In this document: positions 40,339-53,756 of the stretch, piece by piece
Numbering within the stretch: the stretch's first letter is position 1
Layout of the letters: every line of letters begins with the position of its first letter
Assembly (NCBI GenBank): GCA_002633005.1
Contig: NMRA01000668.1
Location: forward strand, 153,283 to 217,282
Reading direction: 5' to 3'
Source of the DNA: Phoronis australis
Taxonomy: Eukaryota; Animalia; Phoronida
Length of the DNA stretch: 64,000 bases
Program-made: the position numbers and the translations under genes
The notes under the pieces: generated by a model
What the model saw: only the letters and a program-made list of their open reading frames with translations
Told to the model about the DNA's origin: nothing
The model's database searches: none

Positions 40339-42056
40339 TGGTGGAGAGTGTTACTGAATGCAATTACTTGATGTTTTTTATCAGTTTACCGAGCTTGTAA
40401 TTCATACAGCCTACGTCTACTGAAAATGAGTACCATGACAACGCGGGACCTACCGTAATAAAATTACCCATAGAAACAAGTACATTGCACATCATCGTAT
40501 TTGTCACCACGTCAATAAGCTTTCAGGTTACTTCCGAACTACAAATAAACCTTCTGAACGCTGAAGGTGTTCCGTTGAAAATTAAGAGTCACTGGATGAG
40601 GAAGTCAGGCAAATGCGGGATCATGACAAGTCACAGATTTTTTCTGAAACATAGCTTCTATTTGCTCTTAGGTGAAATGGTCAACATCTTAATTCTTCAC
40701 ATTTGGCTAGTGTATGGCTTCGGAAACCATCAATTTTTAGCATTTTGTTGCATCACTGTGGAACAAGGACAAATTAACAGAAACTAAAAAGACAAACTGA
40801 ATAAACACAATTTGTCTCTACGTGAAAATGTGAAAATCATAATTGAGAAGTACTTGCAAATTAGCTAGCTTAGTTACTTTTTCAACTCACTTGGGTCACG
40901 CTGTTTAACTGGTGGAAATGCTCTTTATTCGATCGTTATAAATTTTTTTTACGGTGCAACATCTCTCAGAAAAGCGACATACTACATGTGAAAGCTGAGC
41001 CTTTGTAAACTACATACATGTTAAAGAGGCCTGGAACTCGATCAAAAGACTAAATCGCAATATTGAAAGTGGTTTTCTGCCACTAAAACAGAATTCAACC
41101 TGCTCACCAGGTACTTTTAGGATTTGATCGTACATGTAAAGATCTTTATTTCCTGTTTATATCAAAGCATTTATTTAGTTTCCAATTTCAAATCGTGATC
41201 TGTCAACTGCTTGTCACTTGGCCGATTTTACTCCCGCAAGAGAGAGCACGTTTTTTATGGAAAAACTTAGACGTAACACATTTCCCTTACATGGAAAATG
41301 TGACCTTTGACCTCAAGCGACTTCAAGTAACCGACTGAGAGCGCATAAGTGGGAGGGAGATTACAAACTCTGTGGTATTCCCAGAGATGTTTCTTTGGGC
41401 GTATTCCAAAAACCGAACATTTTGCGATTTTTTTCTGGAAATTTCCTCGATAGGGAAAGTGAATTACTCTGTATTGGACGTTGCGAGATGTTGCTTTTGT
41501 CAGGAATTGTTTAAAATATTTTTTTGACGAGTTTGGCGTTCCAAGCCTCTTTAAAACATTCGTTGACAGCGATCTGAGTATCCTGCATATTTTAATTGAA
41601 CCCACCCACTTTGATAATATTGGTCGTTCTGTTCGCCATTTTTGGCACACTCCAATTAAAAAACAAACAAAGTTCTTTAAATTCATATGTGGCCAAAACG
41701 ATGCCAACACTATCATTAAGTTTTGCCAGAGCTAGAAATCTTAATCACATTAAAATCTTGCGGCTGGTGCTCAGAACGCTACATTGACTGTTGAAATTAC
41801 GGCATCAAAACCATCACAGTTGTCGTTCTCGAAATGTCTGCTTGACGTCTAGTAACGTTAAGTGGTTCCGAAAAATGGAAATGTAAAAATTAACACGAGA
41901 CACATGATTGAATGGCTATTGCTAACTAAACGTCTTAAGTTCCGAAGAACCACGGAGAGCACTGATCCTGTAAAGGTGTATCAATTTTTGTTGCTCATAA
42001 GATGGCGCACCGGTTTGCCGAGTCGTCGTTACGCGCTGTAGAATGGGTATCACAAT

Positions 42057-43506
42057 AGCGGAGTTGCAACGCCGCCATATTGGAAATGGGTCAGAATGTT
42101 GCATTGTGGTTAAGCCGGTAAACAAGTACGTCGGCAAGCGTGGGGGCGAACCGGCCACAGGGAGGTTATACGTGTTGTGTGCCTTGCATGCTATAATACC
42201 AGTTAGCGAAATGAAAAATTTAGTTACTACCTGTTTCCCAAGGATCAAGAACTGCGTTAAACATGGGTCAGAGACATCGGTAGAGCTGGTAGCAAAGGCC
42301 GACTTCGTGAATTCTTTCCGACTTCGTAGCATAAAGTGTGCAGCGCTCATTTTGAGGGCGGCAAGAAAACGTATCTTAGAAACTGCCCAACAATATCTCC
42401 CTTCAAAGAAACAGTAACAAATACTCCANNNNNNNNNNNNNNNNNNNNNNNNNNNNNNNNNNNNNNNNNNNNNNNNNNNNNNNNNNNNNNNNNNNNNNNN
42501 NNNNNNNNNNNNNNNNNNNNNNNNNNNNNNNNNNNNNNNNNNNNNNNNNNNNNNNNNNNNNNNNNNNNNNNNNNNNNNNNNNNNNNNNNNNNNNNNNNNN
42601 NNNNNNNNNNNNNNNNNNNNNNNNNNNNNNNNNNNNNNNNNNNNNNNNNNNNNNNNNNNNNNNNNNNNNNNNNNNNNNNNNNNNNNNNNNNNNNNNNNNN
42701 NNNNNNNNNNNNNNNNNNNNNNNNNNNNNNNNNNNNNNNNNNNNNNNNNNNNNNNNNNNNNNNNNNNNNNNNNNNNNNNNNNNNNNNNNNNNNNNNNNNN
42801 NNNNNNNNNNNNNNNNNNNNNNNNNNNNNNNNNNNNNNNNNNNNNNNNNNNNNNNNNNNNNNNNNNNNNNNNNNNNNNNNNNNNNNNNNNNNNNNNNNNN
42901 NNNNNNNNNNNNNNNNNNNNNNNNNNNNNNNNNNNNNNNNNNNNNNNNNNNNNNNNNNNNNNNNNNNNNNNNNNNNNNNNNNNNNNNNNNNNNNNNNNNN
43001 NNNNNNNNNNNNNNNNNNNNNNNNNNNNNNNNNNNNNNNNNNNNNNNNNNNNNNNNNNNNNNNNNNNNNNNNNNNNNNNNNNNNNNNNNNNNNNNNNNNN
43101 NNNNNNNNNNNNNNNNNNNNNNNNNNNNNNNNNNNNNNNNNNNNNNNNNNNTACGGACATAACGGTGAGGCTCGTGGTCCGTTACAAATTCAGGCTGTCG
43201 GATCTTTCAATTGATAAATTGGAGACGTTAGAACTGTAGGTAAGGGCATTTTTCGCATGTAGTTCATGGGCTGGGCGCTTACTTTAGCAAAGTCTGAAAA
43301 CGCGTTGGGGCACTTGTTGAGCCATGGGCGCTAATTAGGGCGAATAGCGGCAGAATTACATACAGCAGCGTAGTTTAATGCACACAAATTACACGTCGTG
43401 CAAACCAGTCGGTCATCCCGTTTACCATCAACAATCCCAGTAGCCTTTGCGCACCCTAATTTCCGGACATGCGCAATCGTTAAATCGATTCGGTTGCAAC
43501 TCCGCT
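42057..43506 (+). mobile_element. Non-autonomous ISL2EU-like (PIF/Harbinger-related) element with a disabled THAP domain; spans an N gap
   Basis: TIR AGCGGAGTTGCAAC; AT duplication supported by the empty site at about 50009; THAP relic GGYTCCVP..YLFPKDQELR*TWV..HKVCSAHFEGGKKTY..PTI. Confidence 0.85.
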
Positions 43507-45129
43507 ATTGACTGCCAGGCCAGTCGGGATACAATCGTGTCGGTATGAAATTGATAATGACAAAACAATGTTTACTTAATACAGCTCTCTTATTGTCTGC
43601 TTTCATTGGATAAGCTCAGGTTATCCAGCAATTTAGTTGTAAAAAGCGCACCTGAATCCAGCCGATATTTAAAAATACTATTTGCAAACGACTTTCAGCA
43701 AATGTCGTGAAGTAGATGGTTTTTGTATAAAATGTTTTCACCAAAATCTTGCCATGGAGAACAACAGCTGACTTTCAGAGAATTACCCTTAACTTTCACC
43801 TGTTGATCCTTTATGTGAATGTAAGGTCTGACCGGCTTAACCACAGTATTGTGTACCAACACAAAAGGCGTATTTCTAAATTCGATCGCCATAGTGGAAA
43901 TTTGTTGATTTCTACGCTCCAGGAGAAAGGTACGCAAACGAACCTCCTGCTGAAGACATTGTACTAAGAAATACGCAGTTCCTTGTTAATGTTTTATAGT
44001 GGGTCCGCAAGCTTGTAACGCTGAGTAATCCTACATATTTGGCGACCTATTCAATGTATGCAAAAAGTATAATGGCTTCGCCAACCTCTCCTCAGTTCTT
44101 GAAGCAACGTTTCTGCCAGTTGTTTTTAGTCATGACTGGGACTTCCTTGTTAGTCATGATAGTTGCAAAGTAAAGGACTGCAACGCAGATTCGATGAAAC
44201 GTCGGAGGTTTTGGTGTCATTATCAAACATCAATACTACTATGTAACACCAGAAATGGCATTGCTTCATCTGGATATTACGATTTAGGTCAGATGTACCC
44301 CTCTAAACCAATAGCAGATCTGGAATTTCAAACTAGATGCTTGCAGTGGTAAATTCCCGACAGGGTAAGGCGATGACATCTTCATATTTTCGAATTAGTG
44401 TGTGGAGCAGTGCACAAGCATTCAAAATCATACATGTAAACATCTAACCCAAGAACGTCGACTGCGTTTTTAATTTTTGATCGAAGATTATGACATGGTA
44501 CATGCTACGGATTTTGAAATACAAACTACGAAACTGTCAATTTACTTTAATCAAGGTATCGGTGATGTTAAGTGTATTATCATCTTATACTTATGGAAAC
44601 TCTGACTTGTTACACATTGGAAAACAATCAATAGGGTATTTTAAATGGGAAGTTTGTACACAGTAGCCTTTGGTTGTGGTTGGTATAGAGCTATGGATAG
44701 GGCAATTTAGAGTCCCAACTGTAAGTTGAATATTATGCGTGTGTGTATTAAAAAAGAGTGGGTGATTAAACTGGAGGGCAATGTTGAGTTTCAGATATCG
44801 AGATCAGTGATCAGAAGAAGCAAAATTGAAACCCTAGTCTACATCACATTGCCATTGTTTGTCATTATCATACAAGAACTTGAATAACGCAAAGCCCCCA
44901 AGACTGAACCTCTGACAGTATGCTTGATCCAGGGATGTTCATAATATGTAATATACAAAATGAAAAAACACTAAGCAGTACAACATATATTATATTCATC
45001 TGAAACAAGACAACTGCTGTCATATTCTTGACAAGTACTCGGCAAATTCCGTCCATCACGATGCTTGGTAGTTACAGAACCACTAGACGGCACCCCACCT
45101 CTCAGACGAGTCTTAAAATTTATGCCGGG

Positions 45130-45720
45130 CAATCTGTCTTCAATGATGTTACTCAAACACCAAACTTCACTCAGATTTGTCGAAAGAACTTTTCTGATAT
45201 TGCGGCGCAGGTAAACAAAACAAATTGCCACTCCTGGCGCCACAGTGATTGCTCCCATCAGAAAGCCTGACATTGGGGGCATCTCAATAGGAACACATGA
45301 CCAAAATTACATAACTATCACCAAAGCACTTTAAAGGACAGAGATGTTGTTGCCAAAAAAATAACATTTAGTGGCAAAGAATACTTTGAATACACGCGAA
45401 AATGGCAGAAACAAATTTAACACATTGCACAAAAATACACCAAGAAACTTGGTAGATATAGAGACATTAAAAAAAACCTATATCGCCCTTAAGGGTCACC
45501 ATAGGAGATCGTTCAATCAACAATCAATGTCAGCCGTGCTCATTTCAATGGCAACATTTATGTACAAATTACGACAGGGAATGGAAAGTGTGGTCGTGTC
45601 CAAAACTGAAACCCATTTGCAAAATTTCATGAAAATCAGTCTAGCTAGATATAGAAACAATAGAAGTATAGTCCCCAGTTGGGGCACAGTCAAATACATC
45701 CCAAAATGCACTTGTGTCAT
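45130..45720 (-). pseudogene. Possible decayed 7TM fragment of an adhesion/Methuselah-like GPCR
   Basis: Hydrophobic pieces QLGTILLLFLYLARLIFM (TM3-like) and GFLMGAITVAPGVAICFVYLRRNIRKVL (TM7/helix-8-like), separated by stops and frameshifts. Confidence 0.25.
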
Positions 45721-46996
45721 CCCATCTTTAAAAATTCATACTTAATAAGGGTTTGTAGATGCAGTAGCGGAAGCCAGACAAAAAGACGGGGATGACAGCA
45801 TAAGTGACCCACACACGCATGCTTTCACGCACACAAACAGTCATACGGAACAAGGTAAAAATAATCGGACGATGTAGATATTTGTCCCTGTTGGAGGGTA
45901 GTCCTGTTAATGCAAAAACGACTGCGATGATCTTGTTTTTACTTTTTGTATTTGATCCTGTTTAATGTTTTGATAAAACAATACGTCACGATATCAACAA
46001 GAAAATAGTACTTTTTAAAGGACAACGTCAAATTATATAGGCCTACCATTTTTTCTGTCTGAACTATGGCATAGATTTTTTCTGCACTATGTTCGATAAA
46101 GCAGTAGATCGTCATATGGCCATCAGTTCACTTGTTCACTTAATGTAATTTGACAATACACATCAAAGCATATACAAATTTTGTCTCTGTGGGGAATATT
46201 CGTTAATCTGGTAAGTGGGATTATAAAACAGTAGATCGTGACATCAACCACCAGCTCTTTCAAATATGGGTTCAAATTTTATCCTTTGGGGGTTCGAATA
46301 GGTTCGACATCCCACTCAAAAATTCAGCAGACAATAGCCATAAGCTTCAATTCAAAATCGATCTGGCAGTTTAACTCATGCTGAAGCAAAAACAACGCGA
46401 AAATTTGACGAAAATTCCAGCTAAAGCAAACGTAAACAACTTCACAATTAAGGCTTTTACAATCCCAAGGCACATTGGTCAAGTAATCTGATGACGTACG
46501 TGAATAACCACAACCAGCAACTGGACAACAATTTACAAATGTTTGATTTCCCATCAATTCACAAAAATGCATTACATTTGTTTTTTGAAACGTTGGCCAT
46601 ATTACTTTCTTATTAAAAGCTTTGACCTCACCCGAAATATTCCCTTTCAGGCGTGTAGACATATATGTAGGTTTACTAGCAAATTCGCGCTAATGTATTC
46701 TTGATGTTACATAGTGTAAATAAGCTTCATGAGGGTGTGTACAATTCATGCGTTAGATACAAATTTCGCCACCAGCTTTACTAATGAATTTAAACTTCAC
46801 AACCCCAAGACAAATACGAGGAAATGCGTGAAATTGTCCATTAATGTATTCTGCAAGACTAGTCCTTCATCTAATTACACAAACTTGCTGTTTTGATAGA
46901 AGGGCATAGCTTTTTACTTGGAAATCGGTGTAATTTTTGACATTTTTCAAGTCACGGATCAAATTATATAGAACCATAACTCAGTCATGTATTACG

Positions 46997-47289
46997 CAGT
47001 GGCGGATTTAGGGGGGGGGGCAAGAGGGCCATGCCCCCCTAAATTATACCAGATACCATTTGGCAGTTCTGGTGCGAATTGCTGACTAGCACCTGCGCGC
47101 AACCAGGGGGGAGCTCGGGGGTGAATAAACAATGCATAGGCCCTGAACAAACCCCGTCAGAAGGTCCGGCAACCCAAACATTTGAGACCCCTGCATCCCT
47201 AAATTTTAGGCTGGGCGCGCGCATCTGCCGAAATTCTGGTTTTTCCTGTGCCCTGGCCCCCCTAACTCAAAATCCTGGATCCGCCCCTG
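46997..47289. mobile_element. hAT-like MITE with 5-bp TSD TTACG; contains a nested family-A-like MITE at about 47092-47225
   Basis: TTACG|CAGTGGCGGATTTAGG...CCTGGATCCGCCCCTG|TTACG; the paralog at about 39116 has a single TTACG; nested ends CCTGCGCGCAACC...GGGCGCGCGCATC. Confidence 0.85.
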
Positions 47290-47370
47290 TTACGCACAAT
47301 GGGATGCGCGTAACTATGCATCTTAAAAGATATCAGAATCGTGAGCACAGAACCGGGAACATTTTAAATA

Positions 47371-48531
47371 CTATCGTCCTGTCTTGCCACAACACACTGA
47401 AGTCGAGTACTCAAGCAGAGGATGTAGAAAAATTTCATTCAAAGCCTGGCGCATCTTCTTACTTCCGGTTATGCAAATGATTGGGTGTACCACACTGCAC
47501 GTGTACGAGAAACGGGTTGTGATAGTGTAAGCCAAAATTCTTGAAGAAGCTGTCATCTGTAAGCAGCCAGTGACTATGCAGACAGTGTCCATGTTGATGA
47601 CGATAATAAAGGGTGACCACATGAGCAAAAAAACTATGCCCATTAGGAGGCACGATTTGGCTGCTCGTATTTTGGCAAGTTGACAGTTATCTGTACCACT
47701 TGGTAAAACTGTAGAGCGCGTCTTCAGTAGTTTTTGTGCTAGAAGCGTGTTGAAAACGATAACAATGAGAACGGATGCTAGAAATATAGTCATCGAACCT
47801 AGCATCCACTTCTTGGTAAAGTTATATGCGCCAAAACAGAAAGCCTGGTAGAACACGGCACCTGCATGTACAGCTTCAAAGGTGGGTATCGATGCAACGA
47901 ACAAAGGGAATCCCAGAACACTTGCTGCACTTAGTGCTGTGATAAATTTCTTAGAAATATACTTCTTGTAACGGTATTCGAATCTTGAGAAACGAATGTA
48001 GCGGTCGAAGCTGAGTAACGCTGTTGAAAAAACCGGTAGAATTGTAGTCAGTGTTTGCATAATCAGTATGAAGACGCAGGTGCTAGCTGAAACAGTCGTC
48101 GGCACACGGAGAAACTGGCGCGGTGCGAAAACCACCAGTGGGCACTTGATACAGCCGACGAAGAAATGGCTAGCATTGACGGCAAGGACGAATGGGTTTC
48201 TTGTGATATCAGCCTTAATTTTCTGCGCAACCAGAATGGCGCCGTTGAGTAAGACCGCGGTGATACCCACAAGCAAAACCATGGCTGACAATAATATTGG
48301 ATCTCTTATTAACAAGAAAGATCTTGTCGAGTTAAGGTCCAAAGTCGTGGTAAGGTTGTTTATCGCGTCCATTTGGCCCTCGCGCACCAGTGTAGTTGCG
48401 GCAGCTAGTGTTATGTTTAAGTCCTGTCGAATCGATCTCAACTCGTTTAAACAACGTTTACTAAGTGGTGTCGTCGTACTTTTTAGTTTCCTCAAGGTGT
48501 TGTACAGAACAAGAAAATCCACGAATCTCAT
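47371..48531 (-). CDS. Intronless rhodopsin-family (class A) orphan GPCR, 386 aa (alternative start M54 at 48372)
   Basis: Seven hydrophobic segments; TM1 LLNG, TM3 C...SFDRY, extracellular loop 2 Cys, TM6 LMWSP, TM7 SVVHPIIC, helix 8 SKKMRQAL, C-terminal CC; N-glycosylation sequons NIT, NLT, NST; reading frame uninterrupted. Confidence 0.92.
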   Translation of the reverse strand: MRFVDFLVLYNTLRKLKSTTTPLSKRCLNELRSIRQDLNITLAAATTLVREGQMDAINNLTTTLDLNSTRSFLLIRDPILLSAMVLLVGITAVLLNGAILVAQKIKADITRNPFVLAVNASHFFVGCIKCPLVVFAPRQFLRVPTTVSASTCVFILIMQTLTTILPVFSTALLSFDRYIRFSRFEYRYKKYISKKFITALSAASVLGFPLFVASIPTFEAVHAGAVFYQAFCFGAYNFTKKWMLGSMTIFLASVLIVIVFNTLLAQKLLKTRSTVLPSGTDNCQLAKIRAAKSCLLMGIVFLLMWSPFIIVINMDTVCIVTGCLQMTASSRILAYTITTRFSYTCSVVHPIICITGSKKMRQALNEIFLHPLLEYSTSVCCGKTGR

Positions 48532-51467
48532 TGGTGGACAGTGTTACTGAATGAAATTACCTGATTGTTTTGATTACTTTACCTAGCATGCAATTGATGC
48601 ACCCAACGTCTAGTGAAAATGTGCACCATGACAACGCGGAGCCTACTGTAATAAAATTATCCGTAGAAACAAGTCCATTGCACATCATCGTTTCTTGCCA
48701 CCGCGTATATAAGCATTCAGTTCACTTTCGAACTACAAATAAACCATTTGAAACTGTTTCGTTGAAAGTTAAAGGTCGGGATGAGAAAGTCAGGCAGATG
48801 CGGGAACATGACTTGTCACAGATATTTTGAAACTTTGCTTATTTTTTATGGTGTACAGAATAAGCACGAGTGGCTACGTGATTAATTAAGAGTTTTTCAA
48901 GTTAGCTATTTTCGTTACTATTTGAACCCACCTGAGTCAAGCTGTGTAACTGGTGTAAATGTCCTTCATTCGATTGTTATTACTTTTACGGCGCAAAATC
49001 ACTCAGATAAGTGAAATTCTACATGCAAAATCAAAGCCTCTGTGAGTACACAATTGTAAAAGAGGCCTGGAAAACGAATAACAGACTAAATTGCAATACT
49101 AAACAGGGTTTCTTCGTAAAGATCTTTACTTTCTTCTTATATCAAAGCATATATTTATTTAGTTTCCAATTTCAAAAAGTAATCTGTCAACTGCTTGTCA
49201 CTTCGTCGATTTTTCTCATGCAGGACAGAGCACGCATTTAATATTACAATACATAAAGGTGGCACATTTCTCTTATATGGAACATGACCTTTTACCTAAA
49301 ACGACTTCAAGTAACTGATTGAGAGCGCGTGCATGCGTTCATCATAAGTGGGAGGGAGATTAGAAACTTTGTGGTAACCAGATAGTTTTTTGCGTATTTT
49401 AAAAACATAGGATTTTGTGATTTTTTCGGAAATTTCATCACAAGGGAAAGTGAATTTCTCTGTACTAGACGTTGCGAGATGGTACTCAAGTTTCGATATT
49501 TTTGACGAGCTTTTGCGTTCCAAGCCCCTTTAATACATTCGTTGACTAAGACCTCTGGGTCCTGCATGTTTTGATTGAAACCACCCACTTGATAATATCG
49601 GTCATCCTGTTCGCCATTACTGCCACATTCCTATTAGAAGACCAATCCCTTAAGATGTCAACAATGTCGTTAATTTTGCCAGTGCTCTAAATCTGAGTCG
49701 CATTAAAATTCTTGCGGCTTCTGCGTAGAACGCTACATGTACAGTGACAGTAATACGGTATCAAAACGATAAAAAATGTCGGTCTCAATATGTCTGCTTG
49801 ACCTCTAGTAACGTTAAGCGGTTCCGGGAAAGTATATTAAAACGAGACAATAAAAACTTCTATATGGTTGAATAGTTATTGATAACTACAACTTTTAAGT
49901 TCCGAAAACTGGTCATTTAAAGGTGTAGCAATTTGTTGTTGGTCATCAGATGGCGCACCGGTTTACCGAGTCGTCGTTACACACCCGCGCTGTGGAATGA
50001 GTATCCCGATTGATTGATCGGCCAGTCGGGATACAGTCGTGTCGTTATGAAATTGAGAGTTGCAAACCACTGTTTACTTAATACAGCTCTTTTATTGTCT
50101 GCTTTCATCATGAAAGATCACGTAATCTCGTAATTCTGTTGTGAACTGCACGCCTGACTCTAATCGATATATTATTTGCAAACAACTTCAATAAATGTGA
50201 AGCAGATGTGTTTGGTATGAAACACTTTCACCAAAAAAAAAACTTCGAAAGGAGAAAACGGTTGACTTTCAGAGAAATTACTCTTAACTTTCACCTCTCG
50301 ATTCCTTTGTGTGAATAGCTCTGACCAGCTTAACCACAGTATTGGGTACCAACACAAAAGGCGTGCTTGACAAGTTTTATTGAGCGTAATTTAAATTAAG
50401 ATTGTCATAGTGGAAATTTCTTAATTTTTACACTACAGGAGAATGGTACACAGTGTTAAATCTGAATCTTCTGATGAACACGTTGTTCTCAACTAAAACG
50501 CAGTTCCAAGTCAATATTTTAGGGTGGGCCCAAGCGTGTAAGTTTTAAAAATACATTTTCGGCGACTTATTGAAAGCATGGAAAACGTATAATGGCTATT
50601 GCTGTTTCCATAGGAGTGTCTTCGCCAACCTCCACTGAGCAGTTTTTGAAGCAACGTTTCAGCCAGTTGTTTTTACAATCATGGCTGGGACTTCCTTTTT
50701 ACTGACTTAAAGGACTGGAACATAGATTTGATGAAGCGTGAGTGGATAGAAGTGTATACATGTGTATGAAAATTATTTTTTACTTTCGTAATCATAAGTC
50801 TTTGTAATCTTAACAACATTATTTAATTTTTGTATTTGGGTAAAAGAATTGTATACAGATTTCTTTTTATGTATTTGTGTAAAATAATCGTATATAGATT
50901 TCTTTGTATTTTTAACACAGATATAATGCCTCTTGGCGCTTTCTGGGTTACGTAATGTCATTGTATCGAAGATTTCGTAATAAACATTATAAAAAATGAA
51001 GCGTTGCAGGTTCGGGTGATAATGGACCAAAATATTCTAACCGTGATTATAAAATATCACTACCACATTGTGAATTCGAGATGTACACGAAAATACTATG
51101 TAGGGCTATGGATGGCATTGGTTCAGATTGGTTTAGATCAGATGTACCGCAGTAAACCACTACCAGATCCAGAATTTCAAAAAGGGGTGATTGCAGTGGT
51201 AACTATCCGACAGGGAAAGGCTATGACATATTTTCGAAGCAGTGTAGGGACGGGTGCACAAGCATTCCAAATCATCTATGCAAGCAACTGACCAAGGAAC
51301 GTGGACTGACTTTGTTAATTTTGATTGAAGAGTTTGCTACGGATTTTGAATTACACACTATAAAAAAGTCAAATTATTTTAAGTACGTGAAGTTAAAGGC
51401 GAGCAACCATTTTCATGTCCTTTTTAGCAAAATTAAGTTACGTTGATAATCCCAGACATATTTTTCC

Positions 51468-51781
51468 GCGCCCTAACACTGGTCGAGTTTTTTATTAGTC
51501 TTCAATTTACGGTTTTCACGTGTACAAAGAAGTTTGGATGCCTTTTGAGGCCTGAGAACATCTGTACCGGAAAGATACAATGCAATCCCGCTGACAAGTA
51601 GAACGCTGCGTCTGTTTTCAAAGCCCAGACCATAGTGGGACCGATTCCTCACAAGAGCAGCAAAACTTTTGAGTTCTTTTTCAATCGCGGCGTAAGTTTG
51701 AAGTGTACAGTGTACTGACATAACGGTGAGGCTCGTGGTTTACAAACTCGGGGCAGTCGGATATTTCATTGGAGACGTTAC
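51468..51781 (+). mobile_element. Internal fragment related to the ISL2EU-like family, without TIRs
   Basis: Matches the reverse complement of about 56650-56860 and also 43152-43230 (GACATAACGGTGAGGCTCGTGGT...TTGGAGACGTTA). Confidence 0.7.
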
Positions 51782-53756
51782 ATGCGGGCACCCAGCCTTT
51801 AATACGGGGGGCTCGGATCTCCGACGATATGGATCTAAAGCCGACAAAATAAAGCCGAAGGACTAAGAAAAAAAAGAGCAAAAAAAAAAAACAAAAAACA
51901 ACGGGGTACCACACCCAGAGCAGCGAATTATGCGTTTACACCAATTTAGAGGACTTTTTGTCCCGTTTTCACGGAGTTTTTTGTTTTCCTGAGGTGGACC
52001 TTTTTGTCCATTTCGTCAAATAGTGGGCTCGTTCGAGCCAGTGTTTACATACCAGAACACTATGGCATCTCAGTCGACGTCAAGGCAACGTGCAGGCATC
52101 GCAGAACCTATTGCCGACCTGCTCCTCACACCAGCAGATGTAATCTCCAGATTGCGAGAATCGCTTACAGATGCCGAGATTGTACAACAGCAGGAGAGAT
52201 GGGCAACAAAGCGCCTCAGAGAGCGAGGATGGCAATACGGAGATGCAGCAAAAACTCGTACCAGGGGAAAAGATCGAAGAGTGTGTAACCAGCAGGAACT
52301 TGATTGCATCTCCAAATTTACATTGCGTGCGATACTGGAAGGAGAAGGGCCAGAGAATATTCCGGTGCCTACCCTCTGACGTCACCACAGAAACAGAAAC
52401 AGAAACAGAAATAGTAAACAACCTCACCAGGAAGCATATGCTTTTAGTCAAATTTTCTGCAAAATTCCACAATTTTACTCAGAAAAGATACACGTTTTCT
52501 GAAAATAGAAACATTGCAGATTTTAAATTTCTAGTCAACACAAATCTGCTTTCACATGAACATGTTTTCTTTTACTATTATTTAGCAAAGCAACACTGTT
52601 GCAGGAAACATAAAACATTATCAGCATGGCCAAATTTCATTTCACGTAAATAATCATGAACAGATCTCAAAATCATTTTCAAAATGTCCTTTTTTATTTT
52701 ACACGGCTTTTGAGATAAAAATCAAATATTTCATAAAAATAATAAATTAAGACCATATTTTTGATGGTATCTTATTCAAAAACAATCCTGTTTAATCTGA
52801 AGAACAAGGTCGATAGCATAGTGTCTGTTTCATTTAGGTCTGATAAGCTATTTTTTAGATACCATTTTGGTAAAATTTTTCATCAGTCATAACCATAAAG
52901 TAGAACAATACCTCTTAACCTGGAAGCGATCAAGATTAATATCGAAATTAAGTGCAGCATGAACAGCTAAACCATTAATAGGTAGACCAATTTAGATTTT
53001 AAATTCACCGCTTAAAAATCGAAGTGATGTGAGATTCGATTGCCAATCACAAAAGAAAGGCGCGATGTTGTAAGTTTCAAAATAACAAACCGAAACTTCT
53101 TAGTCAGAGCATCACTTTCCAAATCACAGTGAAGACAGGATATACACAAAATAATAAAAATGTAATTCTGGTTAAAATCCCTTCGTAGAGCCGACATAGA
53201 CGAAAGCAAAAAGGAAATATTCGCAGGCTGTATAAGGTTCTGAATATGTCCAAAAGAACTAGGTACCATAATGCTCAGTACTGTCACACAGCACAAAATA
53301 AAATTTAATTAGGGCTGCCATGCATTACTAACACCAGTGTATGACGCAGGAAGAACTTCATACAGAAACTTGCATGCCTATCATATATTTATGAAATAAC
53401 AATAAATTATCCACAAAAATACTACAGAGTACAACTATACGTCTATTATATATTCATGAAATAACAATAAAATATCTACAAAAATACTACAACTATACGG
53501 AAGGGCATACACAGTCTGTTTGGATTAATAATAATACCACAAAATATACAACACCACATACACAAATCAGGTAACCAACTTAGTCTACAAAATATGATTG
53601 CCAGTAAGCAGACCTAGGTCTCCACCAACAAAATGAATTTGTTCAACGAATATTCTGTAGCGAATCGGAAAGACGAATATCATCTGTGTCTGCGATGTCA
53701 GGAAACCATGGACTCGCATCTACTCAGTAAATGCATTTATCCCAGGGTAGTTCAAT

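Larger units (their letters stand above)
37550..44945. repeat. Tandem segmental duplication, copy A
   Basis: Collinear with 46185-51396 plus 59226-59590, from CTCTGTGGGGAA...CATCAACCACCA through the GPCR to TAGTCTACATCACATT...TAACGCAAAGC. Confidence 0.9.

Noticed and set aside
41922-43214. Long ORFs of 412 aa and 292 aa in the ORF track
   Set aside because: Artefacts of translating through the N gap at 42429-43151.
48068-48550. 160-aa plus-strand ORF
   Set aside because: Antisense shadow of the GPCR coding sequence, with no independent motifs.
52023-52379. 118-aa ORF with a faint SAP-domain resemblance
   Set aside because: The similarity needs a frameshift and is too weak to call; it lies inside the transposon block and is probably a TE relic.
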